Shown one piece after another: positions 13,481 to 26,479 of a stretch of DNA of 64,000 nucleotides. Below the pieces are notes generated by a model. That model was not told where the DNA came from. It did not search any database and saw nothing but the letters and a program-made list of their open reading frames with translations. How positions within the stretch are numbered: position 1 is the stretch's first letter; the number at the start of each line of letters is the position of its first letter. Origin of the DNA: the human T2T-CHM13v2.0 reference genome, Homo sapiens; NCBI RefSeq assembly GCF_009914755.1, contig NC_060939.1. One strand, 5' to 3'. The translations under genes were made by a program, and so were the position numbers.

Positions 13481-15062
13481 AGGCAGACTACCAACATCTA
13501 CAATGCACCGTTGGGGGCTAACATGTGATCATGCCCCCGCACCAGGCCTAAGAGCAGTGGGAATTAGTTCTGCACCAAAGGAATGACCCTCTGATGTGGG
13601 TCCAGTGACTGTGGCAGAATTTCCAGTGCCTGTGGCAGAATAATGGGACATGCCGGGCCTTTCAAAACCTAGCACATGGACAGTACCTATTTTGCCCAAA
13701 GTTAGGGCTGTCTCCAGAAAGAACAGAACCAGAAGAAGTTCTAAAAACCAACTGGCTATGAGGCCCACAGGCAAATCTGGCCCAACCTATTAGGTGAGAC
13801 AGGTCACACCACTTGATGAATGACATAGTGAGGATGTGAAAGGGAAGCCATGTGCCCAAGGGTATGCAGCTTCTCTGTGGGGGGCCTGGGTCAGTTCACA
13901 ATCCCCACTGCTCTTCCCTGGTGCCTCGTTTCCTGGGCCAATGGTGAGGGCAGGTGTGGAGCAGACCCCAGTCTTGTCTTGCTCTCTGCTTTGGATGTCT
14001 TGAAATCTGTGATTTTTCCCTGAGGTTTAATAATCATTTTGCCTACATGTAATTTGGGATTGTCTTGGAGTGCATGGAAATAATTATATACACAGAAGGA
14101 AAGAGAGGGGGAGAGAGAGAGTGGAGAGAGAAATTGAACCATAAAATTACAGAATCAGACAACCCCCAAGCCAGAAGGGACTGCAGGCACTGTTGAGTCC
14201 ACCTGTCTCAATGTGTTTGCCGAGGGGGGCAATGAGGCTCAGAGACTGGGAGGAGCTGAGCTGGGACCAGAGGGTGAGTCTTGACTCCTGGGCATTGCAC
14301 CTTAAGACCAAGAATGACTTGCTCTGAAGAGACCAAGAGGGAGCCCTAGAGAGCAAGGGCAGGACTGAGGGCTGTGGCAGAACCTGCAAGCCTCGTGCCA
14401 GAGGTGTCCCCAACCTCTGTCCTGGTCACAGCCTTAGCGCCCCTCGCTGAAAAACTGCACCCATCTAGTCTTTCCACCGATAGCAACTTCCTCCCAGCTC
14501 TTGCTTCATGCTGCACCTAGGGAACTTTCTTATCAGCCAACAGGTCCACGTTGCCCCTGTGCTTCCAGCCCTTCCATACTCCCCAAACTCCTAAGCCTCC
14601 CAAACATAACTCCCTACCCACCCCCTTTCCTCTCCAGCAAGCAGCCTCCACCCTGCCAGGCCTGCCTCCTCACCACCCCTACACACTCACACTCCATCGA
14701 GCTCACTTCTGCCTCTGGGCCTCACCTGACACGCCCTCCCTCCTTTCCTACTCACTCCGTCTTCACTTCGAGAAGGAAGCCTTCCCTGATCCCCAGCTGA
14801 GGTCAGGTTCCCTATGAAAGGCTCTCAAAGCACCCTGCACCTCTCCTGAAAATGTTACACAATATTTAACACTGCTACAATTTTGCACCTATATGTTATA
14901 ACGTGGTTGATGTCTGTCTCCCCACTACACAGTAAACCCCATGAGGAGCAGGACTAGGTCTCTTGCTCACCGCTACATCCCCAGCTCGGCACAGGGATCG
15001 GCACATTCTGCAAACACAGCTGTTGGATGAGTGATGAGTTGAGACAGATGGCTTAATAAAAA

Positions 15063-15175
15063 CTACTCGGGAGGCTGAGGCAGGAGAATGGTGTGAACCC
15101 AGGAGGCAGAGCTTGCAGTGAGCCGAGATCACACCACTGCACTCCAGCCTGGGCGACAGAGCGAGACTCCGTCTC

Positions 15176-15206
<31 letters not shown>

Positions 15207-15213
15207 CAAAAAA
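15063..15213 (+). mobile_element. 5'-truncated AluY-like right arm
   Basis: Diagnostic gagaatggtgtgaaccc...gagcttgcagtgagccgagatc followed by a (CAAAA)n tail. Confidence 0.85.
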
Positions 15214-16419
15214 ACTGCTGGGGGCTTCTTTTCTGAGGAAGAGTTCCATAGACCTGGACAATCCTATATTGCCAGACGCCAACCCTCTCTCCAGCCCTGG
15301 CTGAGCCCCCTCTCCAGTGGAAGCTTTGCTGTGTTCCTTAAGGCCTTAGAGCTAGGACTGAGGACCTGTAGTCCCAGAACCAGCATCCTGTACCCCCGGA
15401 CCCCCCACCACACCCCCCACCCTGCCCCACCTCACCTCCCCTGACAAGCTGCCACCTCCTTCCCTCTCTCCCAGCTCCCCAAGGCAGCTGGTTACATAAC
15501 TGGGGATTCTGCATTATTTATGACCACTGATTATTTTTTAATTCTGTGATTACGTTATTATCTTCTTGGGGGGCTGTGGAGTTGGAGGGGCAGCGAGCTG
15601 ATCGTGATTCATGGCTCTCATCCTGCAATTTGGCCTAATTGGCCAGGGAGCTTTGGTAAATCTGTCCGGAGGAGGAGAAGGCAAAGGGAAAAGGGAGGAA
15701 AGGAAGGCGTGAACAAAAATAATAAGAAAAAAATCCGCGCAATTCTTGCTGAGCTGCAGGTGATGGAGCTGACCCACTTTGGCGCAGCTCCGTGGTCCCC
15801 AGCTTCTCCTGCTCCAGCTGCTTCCTGGCTGGGCCCCATTTATCTCACACTTGCATGGCCTATGGCTTTCCCTGCCACCTTCAGACAAAGCCCCTTGCCG
15901 ATGGGACTGCACAATGGAATGGCCAGGAAACAGAATGCCAGGATGACTGCTTCCTAGGCAAATCCGGTGGGGGATCCTCCACTGCCACCCAAGGCTGGGG
16001 AAACGTTGTGCCAACCCCTCCATCTTCCTGAGGTGTTTGGGCCAAAGTGAGCAACTGTGCCCTTAAGTTATATCCCACCCAAGAGTCACCGATGATGTGG
16101 GAGACACTGGTGTTAATGCAAGGATCACTATTGAGCCCCCATGTTGAGTGACGCCTGGGGGAGGGGGAAACCAAGGATGAGGAGGCCAAGTACCTGCTCA
16201 AGGTAAGCTCAATACCTGGGGGCCAAGGACAGGGGCCCTTAACCCTGCCTTTGGGAGCTTCTGGTGGGTGGGTAACAGGGGAGCAGTGGGGAGGCAGATT
16301 CCCACCCAGAAACATGACCAGCAGATTCCTGGAGAGTGTGTGGGATTCTCACTGAGAACGAATCCAAATTCCGTGCATGCTGTGCATGGCTCGACGGAAT
16401 CTGACTCCCTGCTCCCTCT

Positions 16420-16640
16420 TTGACCTTTCCTCTACTCTTCTCCTTGTTCACTGCCCTCCAGCTGCTCTGGCTTCCTTAGCTGAACCTGCATATGCCAAGC
16501 ACACTTCCTCTTCGAGACCTTGGCACCGGCTGCACCCTCAGCCGGGAATGCTCTTCCCCTAGATAGCCATGTGACTTGAATCCTCACTTCTGTGGGGTCT
16601 CTGTTCAAAGGCCACCTTATTGGAGACCCCCTTCCTGCCC
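16420..16640 (+). mobile_element. L2 fragment
   Basis: Matches the L2 3' region motif ctccagc...tggcttcctt...ggaatgctcttcccctagat...aggccacctt. Confidence 0.65.
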
Positions 16641-16854
16641 CCATCCCTGTCACTCTCTATCTGCTTTTCCCACTGGCAGGGAGTGAGACTGCTGACTGCA
16701 GGAGAAACTAAAGGGCCCCAGCCAGGAGGCCAGGATGTGGTCCTGACCTCCCTGGTCATGGCTAAGAAACTGATGTGATTCCAGAAAACAAGGCCGTACG
16801 TGGAGCTGAGGAGCAGGCCAGTTTTAGAATAATTCATTAAAAACATCAAACAGA

Positions 16855-17110
16855 TACGGAGTGAGCTTTGTGCCTCTCATTGTGCTAAGTGCTTTATATA
16901 TGTCTCATTTAATTCTCGCAACAACCCTGGGGCAGGGGTAGGGGAGGATGCCTAAAATGTAGTCTCCCCATTTTTACCAATGGGAAAACAGAAGCACAGA
17001 GAGGTAAAGTAACTTTCGCAAGTTCACACAGCTAAGGAGAGGGTGGAGCTCAGATTTGAACTACAGGCATCTAGCTGCAGAGCCCATGCTCATAGCCCCT
17101 GAGCTGTTCT
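16855..17110 (-). mobile_element. MIR
   Basis: Antisense MIR core gtgctaagtgcttt...catttaat...gaggtaaagtaactt...cacacagcta. Confidence 0.7.
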
Positions 17111-20100
17111 GCATCTCTTACTTAAGATCTACAGAACTTTGAGGAGCTTAGAGAACCTGCTGGGACTGGCCCGGTATCCTGGAGTACTGGGGAGCCTGGG
17201 AGAGATAAGGGCTAATTAACGATTGACCGTCATATCCCTCTGCAGCACAATTTTAGCTTTCAAAGCACTTTTACATCCTCACCTCACTTAATCCTTTAAA
17301 AGACTTTCCCCACCAATGGGATAGAACTTGCTCATCGCCCAGGGAGCCAGTGGCAGAGCTATAGTAGGGGTTTGCGAGGGCGAGGGAGGTGTGGGAGAGG
17401 GAACTTCAACTCTTCTAGGAGTGTGAGTAGGTGTTGATCCCCGCGCCCCCAGCCCACTGCATGCCAAGCCCCTAATAAATCCTTATAAGATCACCGTGCA
17501 GTGCAAATCACCACATCCCAATTTCAGAGATGAGCAAACTGAGGCTGAGGGACCTGGGGAGGAAGTGCTTTGGTGTGGCTCATCTTTCAGTGAATTTCAG
17601 GCCATATGCTCGAGAGGATGAGGAGAGTCTGCCATGATCAGTGGCATCAGGGGGCTGGGGAAGGGGAGCAGCAGGCAGAGGAGGAAGATGGCTGAGGGGA
17701 ATAAAGCTAAGCCCTTCCACTCCGCTGGCCTTGTTCTTTCACCAAGCATATGTGCAGCCCCCCACCCCCAACAGTCTTGTATGTGACTCTCATCTCCACT
17801 TCTAAGTGCTTGGCCTGAGACAAGAACACAGCTGGTGGGCTCTAAGCTGGTGCTGCCCAGGTCATGGGGTGAGGTGAGGGAACAAGTGAGTGCCTCTCAA
17901 CCTTGAGCCTACCCATGCCCCCGATAAAAAAATGCTACACAAAGGGACTGAGGAGAGCCAGGCAGATTCAGCTTTACAGCTCCCTTGGAGAGCCAAGAGC
18001 CAAGACCACAGGTTCCAGAGAGCAGGGAGATTCCAACCCTTTTCTCCAAACCGGGGTCTGGCACCCCCCCTTGGTAACCCCATCCCTGGCAAATCCCATC
18101 TCACAGGAAGACGGTGATGGCATCTCTTCTTTTGCTTGGGCCTCCCAGAGCTTCACCTGCCTTCCTCCACACTCCCCTCTGCCTGTCACCCTGTGTCTAG
18201 ACCCTGCCTGGGGGACGAGAGAGTTCTGAGGCTTACCCACTCCCCCAGCTGGGTGCCATTGGCAGCGGGCAGGCAGTGGCATACGGGGTAGGCTCTGGTT
18301 GCCGTAGCAACCTGCCAAAGTCTTGGGTGGAGGCACATGGCCTACAGGGTGTGTGGGGGGAGGGGACTCATTTTCTCTGTCCTGGCTGAGGCCTCTGGGC
18401 TGCATAGCCTGTGAACCTGGAGCTCTGCTATTGGAGACATGGGAGTGGGTGAGTGTGAAAGGGAAGGAGAGGGCATCTAAACGATCTGCAAATAAATCCT
18501 AGAGCTATTGCATCACAGATGAGCATAAGAGATCATCTCTGGAAGGCCCCTGTCAAAATGCAAAGAGATCGCCCAGTAGCTCACCTGCTGAAACCCCAGA
18601 AAAGGCATCAGGAACCCGAGTTCTAGGCATACTTCTGCCACTGGTAGGCTGTGTAACCTTGGACAAGCCCCTATTGCTCTCTGGGCCTCAGTTTCTTCAA
18701 TAGTAAATGGACAGAGCTGGTCTGGATTACCTATGAGATCCTTTGAAGCTCTGGGTGGCTATGCGGTGGGGAGAGGGAACACAGATGCCTGGAAGATGCC
18801 CAACTGGGAAAAGGCTGGGAGTTGTATCAGAGTTGACTCCCAGGCCTAGAGTCAATCCTGGCTCTTTGTGGGTACCTGCCGGGGCATAGGTCTCATGTCC
18901 CTGGCCAAGACTGAGACTTTGGACAGTTCCCATGGCCCTGATCTAAAATAAGATGGAGGCAGGGGGAAAACTGTAGTGCCTTGGACCCAAGAGTTTGGAG
19001 GAGGAAGCGTTCCGCAGGGGCATCTGGCGCTTGATCTCCAAATTGTACTGTCCAAAGATGTGCAACCCAGACTATGGCCGGCCCAGTCCATGGGCAGAAG
19101 CACCACCACCTCAGTCTGCCTGAAGCAACAGTCATTCTCATCTTCTGAGATGGGATTTCCTGGTAGGCTCCACGAGGCTGACCCTGGACAGCTCTTGTCC
19201 TGGCATCTCTATGCCCACTCCCTATCCCATTCTGAACACAGTGCCCTTCAAACAACCCCTCCTCCTTGGCTCTCAGGCCAGGCTGCAATGCCACTTTGCC
19301 AGCCTGGAGTTGGTACCTACCATCACCCCACCTCTTCAGCCTTCCTAGAGCCCCTATCCTCCCTGCACAGCTGGCCAGGGAGAGCTTGAGCCCATAACTC
19401 CAATTCAATCACTCTCCCTGCCATCTCTGCAGGGGCCCTGATTACAAGGAGTTGAAATTTGCCTAAAGCCCACCTGGCTGGTATAATGGCACCCAGTGGG
19501 CAAATTCAGGCTAGCAGCTCAGAACGCTGGTCATGCATTTTGGACTCGAACGCAGCACAGGGGGCAGGGCTGAAGACATGTGTACCTCATTACCCTAGCG
19601 ATGTGAGAAGCAGTAATTAAACCAGGCTCCACTTAGAAAGACAGAGAGGGACACACACATCCCAGCATTTCTCAGTGGCTTTTCAGCCTTGGCAAAAATA
19701 TTTAGAACAGTGGGATGGAGACTCGCATCCCCTTAGGGAAGACTCCTGCCCCTGCCAAAATATGCAAGGAACTCTGTTATCCACTACAGCACCCCCAGAC
19801 CCATTCTTACCCCCGGACAAAGAGGACATAGCTGGCTTAAATTTTTCCAAGATCAAGGGTTCTCAGTATCTGTGTGATTTCTAGGGATATGCTTTGAGCT
19901 GGGCCTCAAGCAGTGGAAACCACCTCAGCACAACTATCTGCACTCTCCCAGGGTCCCTTGTGACCAGATCAGAGTCTGGGAGACAGATGGTGGGTTCAAG
20001 GGTCAGCTTGGGTCCCAGAAGGTTGTCTTCCACTAAGAAGCTGTGGCGGGATTCAGTCCTTACTGGCCATCTTGGCAGCCCTTTGTGCTAACCCAGAGCT

Positions 20101-20346
20101 CCAGGCCCACTGACATGCTGCTCAAGTAACCTCTACAACACCGAGGCCCCTCCAGCCTTGGGGTCTGATGAGATTTTTAGCAAAGCAGATTTGCGGAAAG
20201 GAGAGCAAGGAGAAAGAAGGTCCCCAGTAGAGTGACACATGTGCACGCAGCTTTGCACACTCCAACGTATTTATGAGTACGTTTTTGTGCCAAACCCAAG
20301 AAGGTTGGCTTAGGGTCTGTCTGGTCCCTCCTCACCCCTCACTTAC

Positions 20347-20502
20347 CTCCCTCAGCTCCTTGGCCACCTCCTTGAGCTCGCGAAGGATGCCCTCAAGCTG
20401 CCCGATGACCATCTTCATGCGCTGTCGAATCCGCTCCCGCTCACCACCACTGCTGGGGTCGTCACTGGGCTGCCCGAGGTCCGGGGCGCCCCGAATGTTC
20501 AT
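20347..20502 (-). CDS. INSYN1: INSYN1 (C15orf59) first coding exon, codons 1-52 (MNIRGAPDLG...KEVAKELRE), N-terminal coiled-coil
   Basis: Manual translation of the minus strand from the ATG at 20502 gives 52 codons ending at a consensus donor GAG|GTAAGT (intron starts at 20346). It joins in phase 0 to the exon at 10003 to give 293 aa, matching my recollection of human INSYN1. It is absent from the ORF track as a separate ORF. Confidence 0.95.
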
Positions 20503-20719
20503 CGTTTACCACGTGGCCGCAGGCCTGCCCATACTCCCCCCAGCTGGGCACACGCTGCGTCTGCCTCCACGGAGCCCCCCTCGGCTGGGCAGAGCTCCAC
20601 ATTTTAACGGCCCCCCAGCCCACCCTGGCCCTGGGCGGCCCTCAACCAGCCCCTGCCCCCTGCCACCCAGCCTCCTCTGCCTCTGGGTGGAGAGTGGGAC
20701 ACCCAGAGGGAGACAGAGT
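20503..20719 (-). other. INSYN1: 5'UTR part of the first coding exon of INSYN1 (upstream boundary uncertain)
   Basis: The best candidate acceptor is cctcctctcctgtgtcctcaccttgaccccctctgctag|A (exon start 20719). Alternatives are 20682, 20863 and 21046, or an internal transcription start. Confidence 0.5.
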
Positions 20720-21474
20720 CTAGCAGAGGGGGTCAAGGTGAGGACACAGGAGAGGAGGGGGAGGGACCTTGGGTCCCAGGAGTGGCCTCCAGGTCTTGAA
20801 GTGCCTGTGGGTGTGCAGAGCTGATCTCTGCCTGAGCTTGAACACAGAGGCAGGGGGATGACTCTGCAGGGACTAAGGGTAAGAGATGCCCTTGGGATGG
20901 GGGAAGGCAGCAGGGATCCCCTCACAACTCCTAGGCAGTTGCAAAGGCAGAGGTCTCTGGATGCAACTGACACCTGCAGAGGGATGGTGGCCAGGGTCTT
21001 CCAGATGTGGAAGGGGCTCCGGATATGGGCAGCTCTGGGGAGGGAGCTGGATTGGAAGAGGGCAGCCCCCTGCGGAGAGAGCGAGCCTGGCGTCAGCCCT
21101 CCCAGGCTGCAGCACCAGCCGGCAATGCCGCTGCCTCCCTCCTCTCGCCAGCCTGCACCCTTCCTCGCTGGGGATTTTTTTTCTTTGTGGGGAGGGGTGG
21201 TGGAGGCAGACGGTTTACAGCACAGCTCCTCCTCTAGAGGGAAAGGGAGGGAGCCCCTGCTTTAGAAGCAGAAGTCCTCAGCCTGCTACGGGGCACCCTG
21301 GCCGTAGCTCCCGCCCTCCCCCCCCACCTTCCCCCCAGCCAGGCCTGCCCAGGCTGGTTCACCAGAGGGCCTCTCCAGTCACCCATCCTCCCTCCTAGCG
21401 CCCCCAGGGTGCCCTCGTTCCCAGCGGACCCTCCCTCCCCCAGCCCCGCCTTCCCTCAGAACCCCCACTCCTGG

Positions 21475-21484
21475 ACTCACCGAG
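21475..21484 (-). other. Candidate 5' splice donor of an upstream non-coding INSYN1 exon (CTCG|GTGAGT, exon end 21481)
   Basis: Consensus GTGAGT donor on the gene strand at the downstream edge of the CpG island. Confidence 0.45.
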
Positions 21485-21499
21485 GGTGGGGGCACCGGC

Positions 21500-22900
21500 C
21501 TTCCCTCCAAGCAGCGTCGGGGGCCAAGCCCCAAGACGGAGTTGGGGGGCCCCCAAGGCTCCCTAGGGCGGGCTTCTCTCTCTGGACCCTTCGGCCCCGG
21601 GCCTCAGGGAGGTCCTCCGAGCCGTGACCGGAGACATCTGGGCGGTGGGAGGGGGCGGGGCCTCCGCGCTCCAGGGAAGGGGGCAGGAAAAATCTTTCTC
21701 AAGCCTCTCCAGGCTCGGGGTCGGGAATGAGCGAGGGTCCGGCAGATTTGGGGCTCCGAGGCCACAGGTGACCGGGGCGCGGGGAGGCCGAGGAGACGCC
21801 GGGCAGGTCCCAGCGCGTGAGCCAAAGTCGGAGGGCTGGGAGGGCGCCGGGATCCCCTCAGCCCACGCCCGGCATTCCCCGGGCTCTGCACCGTCCGGGA
21901 TTCGCTCTGTCCAGTCCAGATCGGCCGGGTCCGTGCTCCGCTGGGGTCTGCCCTGCCCTACCCCGCCCGGAGTGAGCTGGCACCGCCGGGCGCCCAGGAC
22001 GCGCTCAGCCCGGACCCAGAACGTCCGTGCCCCGGCACCCGCGGCGTCCGGAGCGGCCGCGAGGGTCTGCTCAGCCCAGCCCCGCGGTCGGCCCTGGGCG
22101 AGACCGCTCCCACGGCTCAGTTCACGTTCCGAAAGGTCCGGAATCCACCGGGTCCCCGAGGAGGGGCGATGTCAGCCGCGGGGACCCGGTCCCCGCCGGG
22201 CCCAGCCGAGAGCGCGCGAAGCCGGGGGCCCCGGCCGGGCTGGGTTCGGCGGCCCGGGCGCAGGCGGGAGCAGCGCCGGGCGGAGGAGAGGAGAGGAGGC
22301 GAGAAGAGGCGAGGGGAGGAGGCGCGGCGAGGGGAAGGGAGGGGAGGGGGCGAGCGGCGGGCCGGGCCGGGCCGGGGCGCACTAGGCTCGCAGCCTCCGC
22401 TCGGCTCCGCTACCTCCCGTCCGTTCGCTCTCGGCTCCCCGCCTCAGCAGCCCCCGGGCGCCGGGTCGCCGCCGGTGGGGCAAACAGGCGCCGGGTCGGG
22501 GCTGGGCCTCCCTTCACCGCCTCGCCCTGCCCTGCCCCGCCGGGCTCCCGGGGCCTGGGCCCGCTCCCCAAGCGCCGCGGCGCCGCGCCGCCCGCGCCCC
22601 GGCCGCCCCCGGCCCGCCCCGCCGCCCCCCGCCGGACTGGCCGCCCGGGCGGGCGCTGGCTCCCTTAAAGGCCGCCCGGCTCGCTTGGCTCCGCTTGCCT
22701 CGGCGCTGTCAGGGAAGGGGCCGGCCCGCCGCGCCGGGAGGGAGCTTTTAAAGCGACACACACGCCTCCCAACCCCGAGGGCCAAGCGTGCGAGCCAGGG
22801 GGGTCTCGCCACCCGGGCGAGGGGGAAGGGTCTCGCTGGCGGGGCTGGAGGCGGACTGACCGGACCCCACGCCGGCTGACCTGGGGCGCGGAGGGACAGC
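21500..22900. promoter_or_regulatory. CpG island, promoter of INSYN1 (possibly bidirectional)
   Basis: Very high GC and CpG density with many GC boxes (GGGCGG/CCGCCC). It has TATA-like TTTAAA/TTTAAG elements at about 22664 and 22747, and lies 1-2.4 kb upstream of the ATG on the minus strand. Confidence 0.88.
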
Positions 22901-23379
22901 GTTCTGGGGACTTCGTTCCTTTCCCACCTCTCCAGACACCCCCATTGCCCCCTTCCCCTACTGCACTGCCCCCAAGCTTCCCTTTTGGCCACGTTTCCCG
23001 CATCCAGACCCTCCCTTCTACCACCCACATAACCCAGCCCCTGACCTTGCCTGAAATCACATTCATTCAGAAAATAGAATACTGCCAACCTTTCCTGAGA
23101 ACCTACTGTGTGCCAAGCTCTGGGTCGGCAGGGCTGGGGGTTGGAGGCTGTCTTGGACACCCATCGTTTCCTTCAGCTATTCAACAATTGACTCATGTAT
23201 TAGAGGCCTTCTGTGCATCAGGTTCCATGCTAGGCTCCGGGGCCACCAGAGCATTTCAGGAAGCTCACGGCTCGGGGACACTCCTGAGTCACAACAGAGG
23301 CAAATTCTGGAAGCAATGTTAACAGGGGAGTAGGGAAGTGTGGGTTGGGTGGTGCAGTTCAGGCCAGGGCCTGGCGGGT

Positions 23380-24290
23380 TCTGCCAGGTAGGCCACCCCT
23401 GAGCTGAATCTCAAAGGAGGAGTAGGAGTGACTGTCAGTGTGGGGGGTTGGGGATCAGCATTCCAGGCAGGGAGGAGGGTGGGAGCACAGGCTCAGAAGC
23501 AGAAATGGGAGGAGGGGAGTTTAAGTTAACTGGGGCCTTTTAGATACCATTTTGACTGCAGACCACAGAGAGACTCAGAGACCATGGTTAGGAGCTTAGA
23601 TTTTATCCCGGGGCGGAGGGAGCTTTGATATTGGGAGGAACCTGGGCCTGCTTGCCTTCTCAGGAAACCCCTCTGGGGCATTGTGAGTGGGTTTGAGGAG
23701 GTGCCACCGAGATAGAGCAGTTAGGAGGCTGTTTCACCGTTGGCCAGAAGACAGTGGAGTCTATGAATCTATGCTCATGAGAGAGGCTGGGGCTTGAGAG
23801 TAACATTTTGTTTGTTTTTTTTTTTTGAACCATCATTAGAGGGGTGAGATGAACAGGGACGCTGCGTAGAAGTAACAAAAGCAGTAGTTCTGGGCTGGAA
23901 CCTCAGAAAAGAGTCCATGAGTGAGAGGGAGGAGTGATTAGAAAGATAGGAGAAGAACCAGAAAGTGGAGAGTTATGTAGGCCCAGTAGGAGGAGTTTGG
24001 GAGAAGCAAGTGCTCATCAGTGTCGAACGCGGCAGGGAGTGGCTGTGAGAGAAGGAACAGAAAGTGTCTATTTGTCTTGGTACTCAGGAGGCCACGGGTG
24101 ACATGGCAGGGGCAATTGGTTTTGGAGGGTAGAAGGTGACAGGAACCAAACTGTTGGGCATCGAGGACTATGTGCCCAACAGTGAGGAACAGGAGTGAGT
24201 ACAGATGACATTTTCAAAAGTTTAAGTGGCGGGGAAGCAGAGATCTTGAACTAGAGGCAGAGGAGGGGTCAAGGGAGGTGGGGCTAGGTG
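23380..24290 (-). mobile_element. Degraded L2 fragments
   Basis: Purine-rich antisense L2 motifs (gagctgaatctcaaagga, gcattccaggcag, ttaggaggctgtt, gtgtcgaacgcggcag). Confidence 0.55.
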
Positions 24291-24550
24291 GTGGTTTTAG
24301 GCTGGCCCATGGGGGACTTGAATTCCAGAGACAGTGATGGTACTGTGGGTGCTAATGATGTTCCTTGGTCTCTGAGTTATCTCAGAGATGTATTCACAGG
24401 GGGCTGCTGGGGGAACTGACTCCTACTTCCTTGAGATTCAGCTCAGGGGTTGCCTTTGGAGAACCAGAAGCTGTGAGGGTGGGAATCCAGCTGCCCTGGG
24501 TTGGGGAGATGTTCTTCTGATGGGGTGGATCCAGAGGGCCCACCAATCAC

Positions 24551-25228
<678 letters not shown>

Positions 25229-25939
25229 CTCACCAATCACTTTTGTGGAAGCAGTGATGCTAAGGAACAGCCGAGACCAAAAATGGGCTAAGCCTGAAAA
25301 AAAAGAGTTTCTAGTCTTAGGTCCAGGGAATCATCCGCCCTCATCCAGGATGAGGGAGATGTGTTTGAACTGGCAAGGTTAGGAGACAGTGAGCTTGATT
25401 GGACAGGGTGGACTGTGACTGCTTAATACATAATTGATCTCGGGTCTCATTAATAGAAGCACAGTGTTTTGAAAAAGGGAGGTAACATTTCTTCTGTCAT
25501 TTGTGTGGATCAAACTGTGCCTAGCACCTCAATTCATTGGGTGTGTCCATAGGAGGACAGCCAAGTAGAATAGGGGAGGTGACTGGTGTATATGTTCTAT
25601 GAAGGATGGTAGGGCTGGTCAGAGCAGGCTAGAGAAGAGGAGACTCAGGAGAAGGGGTCTCTGATTGTAAATCTCCAAAGAGCTGCCACAGGCGAGAGGG
25701 AATAGATAGTATCTGGGTGGTGCTCAGACCTGCCTTCCTTAGTGTTTGGGGATTGATCCATCCTTTCTTCCACCCAACCTCCCTGGCCACCTGCCTAGGT
25801 GTCCCATCCTTTAGATCTCTGCTTATTCACCGCCAACCTCCACCCTCTAGGCAGCCTTCCCTAGTGCTTTAGTCTACGGAGAGAAATGGAAGCACTTTTT
25901 TTTGCCCTTAACCAAATGCTTCCCAGGGCATTCATTTAA

Positions 25940-26222
25940 TGTGCTAGCTGTGTGACCTTGAGCAAGTCACTTAACCTCTCTGAGCAAGGATAGCAGCCTA
26001 TAAACATTTTAATTCTTTCTTGAATTGGGTCTCTTGTAAAAAAAAAAAAGGGGGGGGTAATGTATTTCACTGTCTCTCTGATTCAGAAAAATCGGGACAA
26101 TAATGACTACTTTCCAGGGTCACTGTGAACATGGAATAAGATAATGCACATGGAAGTACTTGGCCCAGTGCCTGGCACCTGGTAGGTGCTCTGTAAATGG
26201 TAGCTGCTATCAGCTCTTATTC
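25940..26222 (+). mobile_element. MIR (with internal A/G-rich interruption), likely donor of the inverted copy at 25024-25123
   Basis: Contains gctgtgtgaccttgagcaagtcacttaacctctctgag and agtgcctggcac..gtaggtgctc. Confidence 0.75.
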
Positions 26223-26479
26223 ATGGCTTCATGTCTGTAAGCCTTATTTCCATGTGAGTCTGTGAACTCCTCATGATGGGCTTGTGTGTGTCTGCCCATC
26301 TCTCACATGGACCACTGCAGTAGACAGTAGACAGCGATTTTTACCTGTCTGCCTGTTTTCCACCATCCAGTTCTAGCATTCCTTTTCTTGGGGAAACTCC
26401 CTGCTGTCATCACATAATCCTAGTGGGTTGTCAGTTAAAGTGCCCACTACTCCCACCCATCCCTATCCCACTGCCACTA

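Noticed and set aside
20273-20824. 183-aa + strand ORF antisense to the first coding exon
   Set aside because: It is a shadow frame of GC-rich coding and UTR sequence with no independent support.
22695-22905. Possible REST/RE1 silencer in a neuronal promoter
   Set aside because: Only right half-sites are present (GACAGCGCC on the minus strand at about 22702-22710, GGACAGCG at about 22894). There is no correctly spaced TCAGCACC half.
21600-23160. Several ORFs of 200-250 aa on both strands
   Set aside because: These Arg/Gly/Pro/Ala-rich frames are expected from stop-codon scarcity in a CpG island and have no recognisable domain.
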